DNA from: Squalus acanthias
Lineage: Eukaryota
Length of the DNA: 64,000 nucleotides
Direction: 5' to 3'
Assembly: GCA_030390025.1 (NCBI GenBank)
Contig: CM059432.1
Location: 112,594,001-112,658,000, forward strand
Shown: in pieces, positions 37,165-50,493 of the stretch
How positions within the stretch are numbered: position 1 is the stretch's first letter
How the letters are laid out: each line of letters starts with the position of its first letter
Notes under the pieces: generated by a model
Seen by the model: the letters and a program-made list of their open reading frames with translations, nothing else
Told to the model about the DNA's origin: nothing
Database searches by the model: none
Position numbers and translations under genes: made by a program

Positions 37165-39225
37165 CATCATAATACAGCACAGAAGGAGACAATTATGCAT
37201 GTGCTGGCTCCTTGGTAGAGCTATCTAATTAGTCCCACTCCCCTGCTCTGTCCCCATAGCCCTGTTAATTTTTTTTTCCAATTCCCTTTTGAAAGTTACC
37301 TTGAATCTCCTTCCACCATCCCTTTAGGCAGTGCATTCCAGATCATAACAACTCACTGCATAAAAAAAATGTTTCCTCATGTCGCCTCTGGCTCTTTTGC
37401 CAATCACTTTAAATCTGTGTCCTCTGGTTATCGACCCTTCTGCCACTAGAAACAGTTTATCCTTATTTACTCTATCAAAATCTTCTCTTAACCTTCTCTG
37501 CTCTGAGGAGAACACCTCAGCTTCTCCACATAACTGAATTCCCTCATCCCTGGCATTATTAGAGTAAATCTCTTCTGCACCTTCTGTAAGGTCCTTATGG
37601 TACTCAGAATTGAACACAATACTCCAGTGATTATAAAGGTTTAGCATAACTTCCTTGCTTTTGTACTCTATGCCACTATTTATAAAGCTAAGGATCATGT
37701 ATGCTTTTTTAACAGCCTTCTCAGCATGTCCAGCCACCTTCAAAGATTTGTGTACATACACCCCCAGGTCTCTCTGTTCCTGCACCCCCTTTAAAATTAT
37801 ACCATTTAGTTTATATTGCCTCTCATCATTCTTATTACCAAAATGTAGCACTTCACACTTCTCTGCATTAAATTTCATCTGGCATTTGTCTGCCCATTTC
37901 ACCAGTCTGTCTATGTCCTCCTGAAGTTTGCAACTATCCTCCACATTGTTTGCTTATTTCTGAGTTTCGTGTCATCTGCAAACTTTGAAATTATGCCCTG
38001 TATACCCAAGTCCAGGTCATTAATATAGATCAAAAAGAGCAGTGGTCCCAACACCGACCCCTGGGGAATAGCACTGCACACCCTGCTCCAGTCTGAAAAA
38101 CAACTGTTCACTACTACTTCTGACGAAGAGTCATCGACCTGAAACGTTAACTCTGTTTCTCTCTCTACAGATGCTGCCAGACCTGCTGAGTATTTCCAGC
38201 ATTTTCTGTTTTTATTTCAGATTTCCAACATCTGCAGTATTTTTCTTTTGTTCACTACTACTCCCTGCTTTCTGTCTATTAGCCAGTTTTGTATCCATGC
38301 AGCCACTGCCTCATTAATCCCATGGGCTTTAATTTTGCTAATAAGTCTATTATGTGACACTTTATCAAATGCCTTTTGAAAGTCCATATACACAACATCA
38401 ACCGCACTACCTTCATCAACCCTCTCCGTTACTACAGCAAAGAACTCAATCAAGTTTGTCAGACATGATTTGCCTTTAACAAATCCGTGCTGGCTGTCAT
38501 TTATTAACCCATAATTTTCCAAGTGGCAATTAATTTGATCCCAGATTATGGTCTCAAAGTTTCCCCACCACCAACGTTAGGTTGACTGGCCTGTAGTTAC
38601 ATGGTTTATCCCTCTCCCTTTTTTGAACAGGGTGTAACATTTGCAACCCTCCAGTCCTCTGGCACCACTCCCATATCCAAGGAGACACCACTATTTATGC
38701 ACTTACTTCCCTCAGCAACCTAGCTTGCATCCCTTCTGAACCAGCTGACCTTTCTACTTTAAGAGCTGCCAAACTTTTAAGTACCTCTTTTTCCATTTTT
38801 AGTCTATCCAATTTCTCTAATACCTCCTCCTTTACTGTGAGATTGGCAGCATCCTCTTCTTTTATAAAGACAGATGTAAAGTACTCATTCAGTACCTCAG
38901 CCATGCCCTCTGCCTCCACAATATTTCCTCTTTGTCCCTAATCGGTCCCACCTTCCTTTGAATGACCTTTTACTTTTTATATGTTTATGAAAGACTTTAA
39001 TTTTCCCTTATATGTTACTAGCTAATCTTTTTTTGTATACTCTCTTTGCCTCTCTTATTTCCTTTTTCAGTTCAGCTTGGTTCTCTAAAGTATTATTAGC
39101 CCGACATTTATGAGAAGCCTCCTTTTTCTGTTTCATTTTAATCCCTATATCTATAGTCATCCAGGGAGCTCTAGCTTTGGATGCCCTTCCTTTTCCCCTT
39201 GTCGGAATTTGTTTAGTCTGTACCC
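37165..39225 (-). mobile_element. CR1 LINE, 5'-truncated
   Basis: [54 protein letters not shown]. Confidence 0.92.
38119..38248 (+). mobile_element. Short Penelope-like insert beginning with a hammerhead core
   Basis: 14-bp TSD TGTTCACTACTACT (38105-38118, 38249-38262); starts U-CUGACGA-AGAGUC-AUC-GACCU-GAAA-CG-U-U-AACUC. Confidence 0.7.
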
Positions 39226-39539
39226 TTTCCCTTTGTATAGGGGGCACGAGGGATGAGCAGGAAGCTGTTCCATTGCATGAGCACTCATCGTGCACTCCTC
39301 AACATGCAGGCACCAGCACAGAAACATCCAATTTGGGAAAATCAGTAGGGAATACCTGATGAAGCACCCAAAACCAGTGAAGAGCAGTAAGAGGGGGCGA
39401 CAGCAGACAAGTGGCAACAAGAGAAAGGGAAGTCTAAGGCTATGCATCCAGTCTATCTGCTTCTTAAAATAGTGGTACTGTGGACTATTGCAAGATATGG
39501 AATGGGCTCCTTCTGTGCTGTACTATTCTATGAAGGCAT

Positions 39540-40060
39540 TGTGACTCCTTCCAGGGTATCACACCTACACCTGCATTATTCAGTTTTTGTGGTCAGGCAC
39601 CACCTGTACATTATTGGAACACAAGCCAATCTGATTCATCATGCCATTGGGGTTGTTGTGGGGTGCTTTGATGGCTACACGTGTGCCAACAATGAGGTTC
39701 TGCACTTTAAGGGAGCCCGCCACCTGGTAAAAGTGCTGCACTGTCTCACGATGTTGTGTTATTTCAGTGGGGAAAGTGACAACGGTGTTCCTTCTGACAA
39801 ACACTGCTTCTGTGACGTACTTGATGCATTAATGAGCAAAGTCTGACTAATGTGACAAAAGTCACCAACCAGTCGCTTAAAAGTTCAATGTGTGGTGACT
39901 TGATGCAACAGCCAAGACTGTTCCTGTTCAAGATCTTTTCCGCTGGTCCAACTGCACTAGACGGCATAATTCTGTCATAGACTCTCTTGTGAAGTGAAGA
40001 TGATGAAGGCAGGTAGTTGTGTCTAAAACGTAGTTCTTGTGTTAAATCTGATTGGATGTC
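39540..40060 (-). pseudogene. Decayed PIF/Harbinger (HARBI1-like DDE) transposase
   Basis: LHFTRESMTELCRLV..LNF*ATG..GDFCHISQ..VTEAVFVRRNTVVTFP..FYQVAGSLKVQNLIVGTRVAIKAP..NQIGLCSNNVQVVPDH parallels AGFP.VQG.IDGTHVAI.AP...NRKG.HS.NVQ.VCD. The first catalytic D is lost. Confidence 0.8.
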
Positions 40061-40591
40061 AGCTGCTTGTGGTGCAAGCACATCTACCTTTCTTCCCTCT
40101 CCCTGAACTCCTCTGTTTTCTCCAAATCCGTGAACACGTTGGCAAGCTACAATGGAATGCACATACTGAGCAGTGTGGTTAGAGCTGAGGTTGGCAGCTG
40201 GTGGCAAAAACAATAAGGTAGCTGAAGTCCTGTACTACAAACAATCAGCAGAAAACAGTGGAAAAATTATTGCACAAGCAGTGATGCAGAAAAAGCAGTA
40301 GTGAAGGTCAAAAACCAACTTAGATCAACCTTCCAAAAACCATTCAACCCCAGCTTTAACAGCCTGAAAGCTGCCAAGTACCTGTTTTAAACTGGCAGAG
40401 AACATCAGCGAGAATAGATGGGGAATTCATCATGAGACATATTTAAATACATTTAGATGCATTTTGGGACTATAATGAGACCTGTGCATATGTGGCCCTA
40501 AAAGAAATTTTAGTTCTTCTGCTGCCAAATCCAGATTCCAGCACCAACAATTCTCAGGCTTACCTCCCCAGCTCTCCACTGGGCACAGAAT

Positions 40592-40766
40592 GGAGGTAAT
40601 TTTGACCTTGGGTGAGAGTGTAAAACTGGTGATATCGATTCTGCTGTCTGTTATACATCTTTCCTGATTTTCATTTCCATTTAAGTCAAAATTGAGAGAG
40701 ATGTATAACGGATGGCTGAATCGACATTGCCCATTTTACACCATCACCCAAGTCAAAATTATCCCA
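40592..40766. mobile_element. Foldback MITE
   Basis: Long imperfect inverted repeat: GGTAATTTTGACCTTGGGTGA..GTGTAAAA..GTTATACATCT versus AGATGTATAAC..TTTTACAC..TCACCCAAGTCAAAATTATCC. Confidence 0.7.
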
Positions 40767-41186
40767 GTGGCTGTAAAGGGCTGCATCCCAATTGTGATAT
40801 TGGAGAATTGGTCCTTTTCCCCCCTTTTTGGTGAGACGAAAGGTTGACAATTAAGTCTTAGAGTTTTGAACTGTTCACGTATTAAATGCAAATTTAAGTT
40901 GTACATATAACTCAGTCTAGGTTACATGACGTAAAAGTTCAGTATTTCAATCCAGAAGGATTTGGTTAAGGAGCTTGATTAAAGTTAGAGGTACAAGCAA
41001 AGATCAGTGCACTCAAATGACAGAAAGCAAGGGATCATGTCAATGAGGACTGGCTCTAATCCTATTTCATTCATTACCAGGACTCATCATTTTTTCCTCC
41101 CTAGGCAGTGTTGGGTTTGGAAAAAAAATTGTTCTGAGCAATTTAGGACTGGCATTTTCTGCTGGCGTGGGCTCACTGCTAGAGGT

Positions 41187-41455
41187 TATTTTATTTGCTC
41201 TTTGTATGTGGGTGACACTGGCAAGAGAGGTTATTGCTCATCCCTCGTTGCCCAAAGAGCATTAAGAGTCAACTATGCAATGTTACACCAGGTTAGACCA
41301 GGTAGGGCTGGCGGGTTCCCTTCCCTGAAGGACATAAATGAAGCAGTCAGGTTTTTATGACAGTCCAGGTCATTAAAACCTGGTCGCTGTGGTCATTTTT
41401 ATTTTTTCTGGTGTTAGCCCATAAGTTACCAGATTTATTGAATTCAACTCCACAA
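41187..41455 (-). mobile_element. SINE-like element composed of the 5' head and 3' tail of the LINE at 47285-50493
   Basis: Reverse complement ..ATGTCCTTCAGGGAAGG..CTACCTGGTCT..GTTGACTCTTAA joined directly to GGGCAACGAGGGATGAGCAATAA..CTTGCCAG..CCCACAT. Confidence 0.7.
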
Positions 41456-42649
41456 CTTGGTGGGGTATTTGCAGAACTAAACCTTTCTCATGGAAGCACA
41501 TCTCCTGAGGAGTAACATACTGACGATGACACTTGTCATGGAGAACCCTACAGGCTACATTATCCTTCCTTTCCAGGTGAAAGATGAAGCATGATGGCAG
41601 GAGGCTTACTGTAAAAAAATTAAATGGGGTGCGGGGTTATCTGTCTTTTAAAAAAGGACATCTCAAGCTGTCAAGTAGTGTAGCTTTAATTATTCATCCT
41701 GGATACTATTCTGGGTCATGGTCTTACAAGTTTACATGCATGTGTTTCTGCCATCTTTTTAAAAGATGAAAATGATAAGAGACATTTGATGGCTTGAATT
41801 ACTGGGATGGATAAAGGCCATCTGTGCATAGCAAGGCAGGCACTAAGAGGCAGCGCCACACACTAATATTGCTGGAACTCCTTTTGTTAATCTAGATAAT
41901 TTTACTGCTGCTGAAGATGTCAAGAGGATGGAATTCTGCAAAATGCATGACTATTTAAATATATTTTTAAAAAGCTCCTAAAGGGTTTTGCATGGCGAAT
42001 TAAGCAAATAGAAAAACACACTTTTTTATACAATGCAAAGAATTGTCAATTGCAACCTATGCATAAAATAAAATTCACCCAATGGCTCAGTGAATTCACC
42101 TCAGTGGGTTTCTGGGCCATACAGACTGGCAAGGTCCTAGGTTCAGTTGTTGGTCTGTGCTGAGATCAATCTCAATGGAGATACTGTGGAGATGCTACAA
42201 TTGGGTGGAAGGGGAAAATCAGCCAGGGTTCCCGTTCCTGACCATTGTTGTATTAGGGTTCTGAATCTGAATGAATTCAGTTACCAGTCACAATCAAAGG
42301 GAGCGCGGGTCTCTGGGAGTCTCTCTTCCATTTGCTTTTGGAATGTGAACAAGATGACTATGGATTCTTCTTCAGGGATTCTGATAACATTCGATTGAGG
42401 TGTTAAGGTTTCTTTTTACATTGTTCCCTTGGTCTTTGAGTCTGTTACCTGGGCTTGGCCATCCTCACACAGATTTGATTACTGTCTCATTCTATGTTTG
42501 CAATGATAGTTTTCTACCGAACAGAACTTGAACTTTTCTCTTTTTGTGAACTTGGCTAAATGTGGCAACCGAGGAGCGAAGGTTGGCAACATTTTTGTTT
42601 TGGTGTGATTGTTTTTGCAAGTAGTGACTGTGCTGGTTTGACTAGTAAG

Positions 42650-45600
42650 ATAGCTGTTAGTTTATTAATGAATTACTTTAGTCTGAAAGTACTGTTGGCT
42701 GGCCTTTGTGCTGATTGGTGGTTTTATAAGTAGTACCTGTTTGAATTGGTTGGTTGGTGCAAACTGTGCTGCTTGATGAATTAAAGTAAGAACACAAGTG
42801 CAAGCGAGAAGGCTTTTGAGATGTGACAAGTCAGCAGAATGAGAAGGCTGCAAAGTAAACAGAGGAAGTTTGGCCAGAACTGTAGTATGGCATTGAGTGC
42901 AGTTGGCTTGAAGCTACTTTATATTTTCTGCAGCTTCTGAGTCCGTTTGGAACAGCTGGACAATAGGAGCCAGTATTCTGTGGGACCTGCTAGAAGCTTC
43001 TGGAAGCTATCAGTGCCAGGACAACCATAGGTGCAAGAATTCCAAATAGATTCATCTGAACTCAAAGTTACTGAGCCTGAAAAATTATTTTTGCACTATA
43101 TGGAAGGAGGAAGGATTTTTGTAGCATACAGTGCAGGAGATGGTCAAGCCCAAAGCTAGAGCCGAATATTGAGGCAGAGAATGGGAAGCTGGTGATTACC
43201 CGGGAGAATGGAAGCAGAATTAGGGTGGATACAGTGGAGGAAACTCCTGGGGGGCTGAAATTGTCTGATGCAGTTACTATGGTGCAGGTAAACATATGCA
43301 AACATAGAAAAATCACAAGTAGCACCAAGGGGCCATGAGGTTATTATATTGATAAAAGGCAAGGGTGAGTGTATCATTAGAGGAAAAGATAGCCTTTTTT
43401 GCAGGCACAACTGGGAATTCTGAATGTTGTGTTGCCAGTTTGCAGGATAAGGGACATAATGGAGTAGGTCGGTAGAGAAGATTCGGAAAAAGGAATATGA
43501 GCAGCCAGAAATCATGGTCCATGTTGGAACAAATTATGTACGAAAAAGTAGGATGCAGGTCTTGCAAAGAGAGTGTGACAGATTTGTTGTTACAATTGTG
43601 GGGCAGAACTTCATGGATAGGAATTTGAGGATTACTCCCAGGGCCACACAACAGGCCAGTTGGAGAGAAGCACTCTAAAAATATCAATACGCAGCTTAAG
43701 AGTTGATGAGGATGGGGTCAGATTCCTAGGGCACTGGAACAAGTTGCGAGGAAGGCTGAAGTCATATTGTACTGAACCAAACTTAATCAATGTCCTTGCA
43801 GAGAGGATAAATAGACCAGTGAGGAAGGGGAAATTAAGATTTTAACCTAGATATCTTGGTAGGGAGAAAAAAAGTTAGTAACACAGTAGTAATGGAGGTA
43901 GGAAATGAGCAGAATTCAAACAAGATGGGATTTTAACAAAGGAGGGAAGAACAATGGAAAGGAAAATTGAGAGGTGGACCATGCAGTAATTGAGCAAGGG
44001 AAAGGTGATAAATAGGTTAGAATAAAGAATAGAGAAAATGGTTGCCTCAAAGTTCTATATATAAATGCTAAAAGCTTGAGATACAAGGTTTGTACTGAGG
44101 ATAGAAAGAATGATTTAGGAAACTTAATTTAAGCATAGGAATTGGGGGTAAATTTACAATGGCATAGATTGTTCTGATGAGAGGAAATGGCTTTCTCTGC
44201 TGAGGTTAATGTTAACCTAATGGTAACTGCGATGAGTAGCTCGGGTTTAGCTATAAAAGATCTGGAAACTTTGTGGCTCAGACTCAATGACAAAAAGGGG
44301 AGATTTGTTATAGGAGTCCGTTTTATGGCACCAAATCAGGCAGAGGATATAAATGGGGTAGTTTTTGCTTAAATTCAGGGAAGGTTTAAGAAAGTTAATA
44401 TGGTTTTGATGGGGAATTTCAGTTTTCTAGGGGTTAATTGAGAAGATTATAGTGGGAATAAGAAAAATGATTTGCTGTTTCTGGGCATGATTATAAACTG
44501 TTATATTATTCAGAGGGTCGTGGATTCTTCAAGGGTGGGAGCAATTTAAGATTTTCTATTAATGATTGTCCAGGGAATGGGGGATATAGTCAAAGTCAGA
44601 GAGCAGCTAGCTAACAACTAACGTTTTTAACTTCAGGAAAGCAGACTTTAATGATTTATTTGTATTTGTATTTTCAAATGAATCTGAGGACTGTCTTCCC
44701 CATCCAGGGTTGGAATTTAAATGGCAAGAGGAAAAAAAACTGACTAAGGTTGAAGTGAAAGACAAACTAAAGCAGAGCATGGCACGAGGACCTGTCGACT
44801 TTCAAAACAGAGTATTAAAAACTACAGAACAGTGAGCTTAACATCAGTAGTTGAGAAAATAATAGAAAGTATCATAAAGAGAGAATGATGAGCATCAGGA
44901 GAAACAGAATAATAAAGAGTAGTCAACATGGATTTACAGGTAACAAATCTGCTAGCTACAATGGAATTAGTTCACAAAGGTACATTTAATATGCCAAGAC
45001 TTTAGCAAAGCCTTTAATGAAGTACCACATAGGAAATTACTTTGCAAAGTAGAAAGGCATGGAATGGAGGGAAGCTTTTGAAGTAGGTAGCTAACTGGTT
45101 AAGTCAGAGGATGCAAAGGTCAGTTGTTAAGGGAGCAGATTAACATGAAAGGAGGCATAGGACTGGTTCTGAGGCAACTGTTTTCAGTGTATGTTGATGA
45201 TTTGGAAGAAGGAACAGTAACAAGGCTTTCCAAGTTTGCTAATAATATCAAACTGGGATGGGTCGTAAATAGTAGGGAATAAGCAAACCAGTTGTCGAGG
45301 GATCTGGACAGGTTGGGGGATTGAGCCAAATAGGAAGATGTTATGTAATGTATAGAAATGCAAAGTTATTAAGCTGGAGGAGGGGTAAAAAGATTGGGAG
45401 TAGTAAATAAATAGGATTGGTCTGCAGGAAGCTACACAGAGAGGGATCCATTGTTTAGTAGAAAGCAACCTTAATGGTCAGCACAATGTGCAGCAGTGGT
45501 GCAAAAAGCAAATGGGATCTATGATGTGGAGCTTGAGGGATAGAGCACAGGCCATAGGAAATGGTAATTAGCTGTTTCAAAGCACTGATCTGCCCTCATC

Positions 45601-46240
45601 TTGAATATTCTGTACAGTTCTGGGTACTATACCATATCTAGGGGACATGGGTTCAAATTAGTAAGAGGTACTTTTAGGTCTAGTATCAGGAAATTCTTCT
45701 TCAAACGTATGGAATAAGCCTCCAGATAGAGTAATAGAATCAAATGCTCTGGAGTCATTTAAGAAACAATGGGATGCTCCAACGGGGAAGGCGTTAGGAT
45801 CTCTTTGGATGGACTGACTTAACATGGACAGAATGGCCTTCCTCATCTGTAATTTTGAGATGAGCTGCTAGGAAAATCTGAGAGATGTTCACAGTTGGAA
45901 AAGGGCAGCTGAAGGAAGATTATATTGAGGTGTTTAAGGCCTTTAAGGGAATAGAAACTGGATCCCAGAATGATGTCAGTGTTAACATGGGCCCTAGTAT
46001 AAGGGAACATGGATTAGACAAACTTAGACAAAAAAGGGTGAATAGACCGTTAAGGTACAACTTCTTCATGCAGATGATGCTAAACATGTGAAATAGCCAA
46101 CCCAGGGAGACAGTGGAGGATGTTATCAATCTTAAGTGGGTGATGGATACATTTTTGACAGACAGGGCTATTGAAGAGTGGGGTAAGACGGTTGTAACCT
46201 TTGGTTGGAGATGGGTGTTTTTGGTCATATTTATGTCTTA
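42650..46240 (+). mobile_element. Old, heavily decayed near full-length CR1
   Basis: Traces of ORF1 esterase (IMVHVGTN, RFLGHW), APE (ETLWLRL), RT (SQHGF, SKFAN) and 3' motifs in order. Confidence 0.75.
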
Positions 46241-47284
46241 TGTTTTCTTGGAGGGGTGGGGGGAAGTTAGGTTTAAATTAGTTTAAGTATGACTAGTGAT
46301 AGATCATGGTTAACCATGATTTCCTGGCGCTTACTTGATTGTTTAGGTTATTAGGTAAGAATGTTCTGGTGAAACAGTGTACAGAATTCACTGACCATTG
46401 ACGTGTGCAGTGGTGATCCTAGTTGCCGGTATACATACTATGGTGGGTCATTGGGTCTTGGCTGCTGTTGTTATACACCCTTTAAGCCCTCTGAGTACTG
46501 AAGCTTCCTTTCAGACTTCATAATACACAGATTGTATTAACAAACGGAGTCTACAATAAATTTCTAATGATTGATATTTTAAAGTAGGACCAGGGATGTG
46601 GACCGACTGAAAGAGCGGTTGGTAATTCCAGCATTGTTCAATGAACACAAACACCTAGTTTACATTAGCTCAGATTTTAGTACAGAAATGTTACTCTAGA
46701 CTTCAAAGGGATTCATAAAAATTCCACATGGTAAGTTTGCTACAATAATTCACTTTGTAACAAATATTTGATTTCATCATAAACTGCCAATGTTTGTAAA
46801 TCATTGAACTAAATGCCTCGGTCCCTCACTTGCTTGAACTCAGAAAGCTTGGATTTCTTCCCCAATCCAAGGTTAAACACTTCAGTCTTACCCTTTCTCA
46901 TTCTGAGAATGAACACCTCGATCTCTCTTGCACTGTGAGATGGAATGTCTCAATCCTTCCTTCATTCCAAGGTGTCCAATTTCTTAATCCTTCTATTCTT
47001 AGATGGAATGCCTCAGTCATTCTCTTCCTTGGAAGTAGAATGTCACAGATCCTCTCACTGGGATCTTCTTAGCTTGCATGCTGTTTGACAATGTGTAACT
47101 GCTTTTAGTAATGTGATTTTGTCGAAGATTATGTGAACCAAAGAATTGAACAATTAACAAGTTATCATTTACAGAATTGAGAATGGATATGTGGACTGAA
47201 AAACTATTGACTTAGAGAAGAGTACTGTTACAAACAAGGAAAGCCTCTGAGTTAAAGAATACTATACACATTTAACATGGAAAC

Positions 47285-50200
47285 GGTAGCGTAGTGGTAA
47301 TGTCACTGGGCTAGTAAAACAGTTAATTAAATAAATCTGGAATAAAAAGCTAGTATCAGTAATGGTGACCATGAAACTATCGGATTGTCGTAAAAACCCA
47401 TCTGGTTCACTAATGTCCTTTAGGGAAGGAAATCTGTCATCCTTACCTGGTCTAGCCGATATGTGACTCCAGACCCACAGCAATGTGGTTGACTCTTAAC
47501 TGCCCTCTGAAATGGCCTAGCAAGCCACTCAGTTGTAACAAACCGCTACGAAAAACAATAAAAAGAATTAAACCGGACGGACCCGGATTCGACCTCGGCA
47601 CCGGCTATGGACACGGCAATGGCAAACCCAGCCCAGTCAACCCTGCAAAGTCCTCCTCACCAACATCTGGGGACTTGTGCCAAAATTGGGAGAGCTGTCC
47701 CACAGACTAGTCAAGCAACAGTCATACTCACAGAATCATATCTTTCAGCCAATGTCCCGAACTCCTCCATCACCATCCTGGGTATGTCCTGTCCCACCGG
47801 CAGGACAGACCCACCAGGGGTGGCGGCACAGTGGTATACAGTCGGGAAGGAGTGGCCCTGAGAGTCCTCAACATTGACTCCGGATCCCATTAAGTCTCAT
47901 GGCTTCAGGTCAAGCATGGGCAAGGAAACCTCCTGCTGATTACCACCTACTACCTGGTGAATCAGTGCGCCTCCATGTTGAACACCACTTGGAAGAAGCA
48001 CTGAGAGTAGCAAGGGCACAGAATGTACTCTGGGTGGGGGACTTCAATGTCCATCACCAAGAGTGGCTCAGTAGCACCACTACTGACCGAGCTGGCCGAG
48101 TCCTGAAGGACATAACTGCCAGTCTGGGCATGCGACAGGTGGTGAGAGAACCAACACGAGGGAAAAACCTACTTGACCTCGTCCTCACCAATCTACCTGT
48201 CGCAGATGCATCTGTCCATAGCAGTGACCACCACACAGTCATTGTGGAGACAAAGTCCCGTCTTCACACTGAGGACACCCTCCATCGTGTTGTGTGGCAC
48301 TAACACCATGCTAAATGGGATAGATTCAAAACAGACCTAGCAGCTCAAAACTGCGCATCCATGAGGCACTGTGGGCCATCAGCAGCAGCAGAATTGTATT
48401 CCACCACAATCTGTAACCTCATGGCCCGGCATATCCCTCACTCTACCATTACCATCAAGCCAAGCGACCAACCCTGGTTCAATAAGGAGTGTAGAAGATC
48501 ATGCCAGGAGCAGCACCAGGTGTACCTAAAAATGAGGTGCCAACCTGGGGAAGCTGCAACACAGGACTACATGCATGCTAAACAGCGGAACAAGCATGCT
48601 ATAGACAGGACTAAGCGATCCCACAATCAACAGATCAGATCAAAGCTCTGCAGTCCTGCCACATCCAGTCGTGAATGGTGGTGGACCATTAAACAACTAA
48701 CGGGAGGAGGAAGCTGCATGAATATCCCCATCCTCAGTGATGGTGGAGCCTAGCACATGAGTGCAAAAGACAAGGCTGAAGCGTTTGCAACCATCTTCAG
48801 CCAGAAGTGCCGAGTGGATGATCCATATCGGCCTACTCCTGAGGTCCCCACCATCACAGAAGTCAGTCTTCAGCCAATTCGATTCACTCCACGTGATATC
48901 AAGAAACGGCTGAGCGCACTGGATACAGCAAAGGCTATGGGGCCCGACAACATCCCGGCTATCGTGCTGAAGACTTGTGCTCCAGAACTAGCCACGCCTC
49001 TAGCCAAGCTGTTCCAGTACAGCTACAACACTGGCATGTATCCGACAATGTGGAAAACTGCCCAGGTATGCCCTGTCCACAAAAAGCTGGACAAATCCAA
49101 CCCAGCTAATTAACGCCCCATCAGTCTACTCTCAATCATCGCAAAGTGATGGAAGGTGTCATCGACAGTGCTATCAAGCGGCACTTACTCACCAATAACC
49201 TGCTCACGAATGCCTAGTTTGGGTTCCGCCAAGACCACTCGGCTCCCGACCTCATTACAGCCTTGGTCCGAACATGGACAAAGGTGCTAAATTCCAGAGG
49301 TGAGGTGAGAGTGACTGCCCTTGACATCAAGGCAGCATTTGACCGAGTGTGGCATCAAGGAGCCCTAGTAAAACTGAAGTTAATGGGAATCGGTGGGGGG
49401 GGGGGGGGAACTCTCCACTGGCTGGAGTCATACCTAGCACAAAGGAAGATGGTTGTGGTGGTTGAAGGTCAATCATCACAGCCCCAGGACATCGCTGCAG
49501 GAGTTCCTCAGGGCAGTGGCCTAGGCCCAACCATCTTCAGCTGCTTCATCAATGACCTTCCCTCCAACATAAGGTCAGAAATGGTGATGTTTGCTGATGA
49601 CTGCACAGTGTTCAGCGCCATTCACAACTCCTCAGATAATGAAGCAGTCCATGCCGCATGCAACAGGACTTGGACGACATTCAGGCTTGGGCTGATAAGT
49701 GGCAGGTAACATTTGCGCCACAGAAGTGCCAGGCAATGACTATCTCCAACAAGCTAGAGTCTAACCACCGCCCCTTGACATTCAACGGTATTACCATCGC
49801 CGAATCCCCCACCATCAACATCCTGGGGGTCACCATTGACCAGAAACTTAACTGGACCAGCCACATAAATACTGTGGCAACAAGAGCAAGTCAGAGGCTA
49901 GGTATTCTGCGGCAAGTGTCTTATCTCCTGACTCCCCAAAGTCTTTCCACCATCTACAAGGCACAAGTCAGGAGTGTGATGGAATACTCCCCACTTGCCT
50001 GGATGAGTGCAGCTCCAACAACACTCTAGAAGCTCGACACCATCCAGGACAAAGCAGCCCGCTTGATTGGCACCCCATCCACCACCTTAAACATTCACTC
50101 CCTCCACCACCGACGTACCGTGACTGCAGTGTGTACCATCTACAAGATGCACTGCAGCAACTCACCAAGGCTTCTTTGGCAGCACCTCCGAAACCAGCGA

Positions 50201-50493
50201 CCTCTTCCACCTAGAAGGACAAGGTCAGCAGGCGCATGGGAACACCACCACCTCCAAGTTCCCCTCCAAGTCACACACCATCCTGACTTAGAAGTATATC
50301 GCCGATCCTTCATCGTCGCTGGGTCAAAGTCCTGGAACTCCCTCCCTAACAGCACTGTGGGAGTACCTTCACCACACGGACAGCAACGGTTCAAGAAGGC
50401 GGCTCACCACCACCTTCTCAAGGGTAATTAGGGATGGGCAATAAATGCTGGCCTTGCCAGCGACGCCCACATCGCATAAACAAATTTTTAAAA
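47285..50493 (+). mobile_element. Near full-length APE-RT LINE (second family) with a tRNA-like 5' head and no recognisable ORF1
   Basis: A-box-like TAGCGTAGTGG (47287-47297). APE starts by ~47660 (NIWGLVPKLGEL..ILTESYL..RGGG..GDFN..SDH). RT ALDIKAAFD..FADD. Tail AATAAATGCTGG. Several stops and frameshifts. Confidence 0.9.

Noticed and set aside
39442..40213. Domesticated HARBI1 gene or novel ORFs
   Set aside because: The transposase frame has stops, frameshifts and a lost catalytic aspartate; the listed ORFs are mostly off-frame.
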